A DNA stretch of 63,107 nucleotides, filler included, from Rhabdomonas costata (Eukaryota): the NCBI GenBank assembly GCA_019059605.1. It is 56 parts of 56 records of this genome, joined end to end, with 100 filler letters (N's around TTAATTAATTAA, not from the genome) between each part and the next. Parts side by side here need not be neighbours in the genome. Positions count along the whole stretch, not along the records: positions 60,952 to 61,979 come from JAHMHO010032632.1; positions 62,080 to 63,107 come from JAHMHO010032633.1; 54 more parts are not named here. One strand, given 5' to 3'. The position numbers were made by a program, and so were the translations under genes. Of the stretch, positions 60,952 to 63,107 are shown one piece after another (the first letter of the stretch is position 1; every line of letters begins with the position of its first letter). The notes under the pieces are model-generated. The model was not told the DNA's origin. It searched no databases and was given only the letters and a program-made list of their open reading frames with translations.

Positions 60952-61911
60952 CGGGGCCGAAGACGGTGAAGAACTCCTCGGCATTGTAGGTCTGTGACAC
61001 ACGTAAGCATATCCACACGATGCCATGGCAGCGCGACACCTCCACCACATTCTGCGCCCAAATCCTCCTTTGAAAACTCGCCGGCTTGTCCAATACAGTA
61101 CCCGAGCATCGGCATCGCTTCTACCTCCGATTTCCTGCCATCACACACCCCCAGAGAAAAGAGAGAAAAGGGGCATCTAGGGAGCCGTTCCTGCATCTCC
61201 CATTTTTATGCACCTCGCAGGGGGGTAGGTGGCGGTGCACGTGGGCCTGCCTGCATGGGGGGGGTACCGCGTAACATACCCCCAATGCATCCATACCTTG
61301 AGTCCATAAAATGCACCGTAATTGCGGGGGGGGTCCCCACAATCCATTAGCGGGGAGGCCGCGACCCCTCTTTCTAGATCCGTTGGCGTAGGCCGTTCCT
61401 GGAAATACCCGCTCTTACCCCCGTGGATGGCGCGTCCTTAGGGTCCTCCCGTCCTCCCGTTATATCGGCATGTTTCAACACCATAACGTCACAAGGAACT
61501 GATATGATGTATCGGCACACAGGCGAACAATGCACGTGAGCACATGTGAACATGCACTGCGAGCAAACGTGTTCGAAAAATGGAATTCCAGTTCACTCCC
61601 TTTGACCTGCCAAATAACTAAAAGATAACCTAATCCGAACCGATTTTTTAATTGAGTCAAAATGTAAGCCCAGGTCCGTCATTCAGTCGTTCCCCATGCA
61701 CAATGGCAGCCGTGCTCCTGAATATCACACCCATTCGCGAACCAGTAAGGCAGCCTTCATCTTAATGTTCGTAAAGTAAACAAAATTTACGCGAGGCACC
61801 CGTTGAATAGCAGTCTTTTGGAAGCAGGAACGATACCCGGTCTGAAGGGATGCTGTCGTCGAAAGGCAACGAGCTGTCATAGGCAGACCTCAGTTGAGGG
61901 TCTGACAAAAT
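60952..61911 (-). CDS. DNAJC2: Zuotin/DNAJC2-like J-protein; exons 61911-61837 and 60991-<60952
   Basis: An 845-nt GT-AG intron joins ILSDPQLRSAYDSSLPFDDSIPSDR to TYNAEEFFTVFGP. This is the J-domain end (LSDPxxRxxYD) followed by the zuotin-homology FDDxIP....FFxVFGP motif. Confidence 0.82.
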
Positions 61912-62413
61912 CTGCAAAACAGCAACACAGATCCAGCTCTACCCACGAATCCAACTAACCTTGTCAGAACAAAAACCACNNNNNNNNNNNNNNNNNNNNN
62001 NNNNNNNNNNNNNNNNNNNNNNNTTAATTAATTAANNNNNNNNNNNNNNNNNNNNNNNNNNNNNNNNNNNNNNNNNNNNTGTGTGGTTGTGATTCGGACA
62101 TTTTCCCCCGCATTGTTGGGGATGTATTCTGTATCGGTTGAGGAAGGGACTCATATTTTTCTTCCGTGGGGTTCTCATCACTCATCCGCAACTTCGCGAG
62201 CGCGCGCCTATTCACCATCGGCAATTTGCAACCTCAGACCTTCCTCCACCTCGGAAACGTGTGGGTGCTCAGCGGGCATGCTCATTTTTGTTGACCTGCT
62301 TCTTTTATGGCATTATTTTTGTTACTTTTCTATAATGTTTCGCCTTACTTGCAATCCCAAGGTGTGGATGTAAATGGTGGTGCTTATGCTGGGGGGGGGG
62401 GTTCTCTTCACAG

Positions 62414-63107
62414 ACTTCCTGTCGGAGGGTGGTGAGGAGGATGCCTTGTTCCTCGCCATTACGACCTACACCATGGACACAGGGATATGCAGGTGCGAAA
62501 GCTTTTGTAATGGAGTTGCCCAGGGTTTTGTACTTTCCAAGAATAAAGAGCGTGTGCACTGACCTGTGCGGCAGCCCTCCTTTCCCAACAATATAGCTGC
62601 AGATGGGGGTGTCCATGTGCATGTGCTAAGCCACCCCTTTTGCCTCATCACTCCTCAGTGTCATCGGACGAACTCTTCTATGAACATCCTGCCTTGGTTT
62701 CTCTCCGTCAGTGAATACAAAGGAAAGCCAGGAACCGTCGTAACACACCGATCATGACCGGATGTGGTGTGTGGTCCAGAACTTTCTCTTCCAACAAAAA
62801 ATAAATGAGGGAGAATGGCGTGAAGGGTGAAGGAAAGAGAAGGGACGTCAAGGGACGAATGCGTACCAATGTTGAGGAAAATGAAATGCAGAGATGAATG
62901 GGAACGAAGAATGGGGCGTGGGATTAGAGTGCAGTCTCCCCCGCACCCTTCCTGCAAAATAGAGAGGTCAGCCAGGCGTGCTACGAGGGCAGCGAGAGCC
63001 CTGCCGAGGCGGAGCGGTGGCACCCGTACATCTACTACCTCTCCCAAGAGCTGCGCTGGCTTTGTCGGCTCGGGACCGGGTTTGCCGTCCGTCCTGAGAA
63101 GGAACGC
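62414..63107 (+). CDS. ADP-ribosyltransferase-like (ART) domain fragment; exons 62414-62492 and 62963-
   Basis: A phase-2 GT-AG splice gives DALFLAITTYTMDTGICREVSQACYEG...ERWHPYIYYLSQELR, resembling the AIxxYT..Y..(L)N..R....W.PY..xL..AL helix preceding the catalytic YRG strand of R-S-E ARTs. The catalytic part is not in the contig. Confidence 0.55.

Overview
This is not a contiguous locus. It is an artificial concatenation of 56 unrelated, size-sorted contigs of ~1.03 kb (1024-1035 nt), joined by 55 identical 100-nt spacers (N44-TTAATTAATTAA-N44, stops in all six frames), so nothing can be inferred from adjacency across spacers. The DNA is from an intron-rich eukaryote with short exons, GT-AG and some GC-AG introns, microsatellites and decayed retrotransposons. 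A euglenozoan (euglenid/diplonemid-like) source is my inference from the gene content and possible trans-splice acceptors, not a proof. Most contigs begin with G/T-only and end with A/C-only bases, and several carry terminal fold-backs, which points to whole-genome amplification. Most supplied ORFs are spurious. Manual splicing recovers fragments of a class III nucleotidyl cyclase, two response-regulator receiver domains, SelO, a TPR protein, COQ8, COPE, a CYTH-like protein, a CxHN..W..CxxC zinc-motif protein, a hybrid cluster protein (HCP), an H1-like Lys-rich protein, MLF, an ankyrin protein, zuotin/DNAJC2 and an ADP-ribosyltransferase-like protein. It also recovers Ty3/Gypsy, DIRS and RTE-like relics and two unnamed dispersed repeat families. 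No multi-gene novel system can be supported. The best leads are the intron-containing HCP, the signalling genes, the GC-AG introns and the repeat families.
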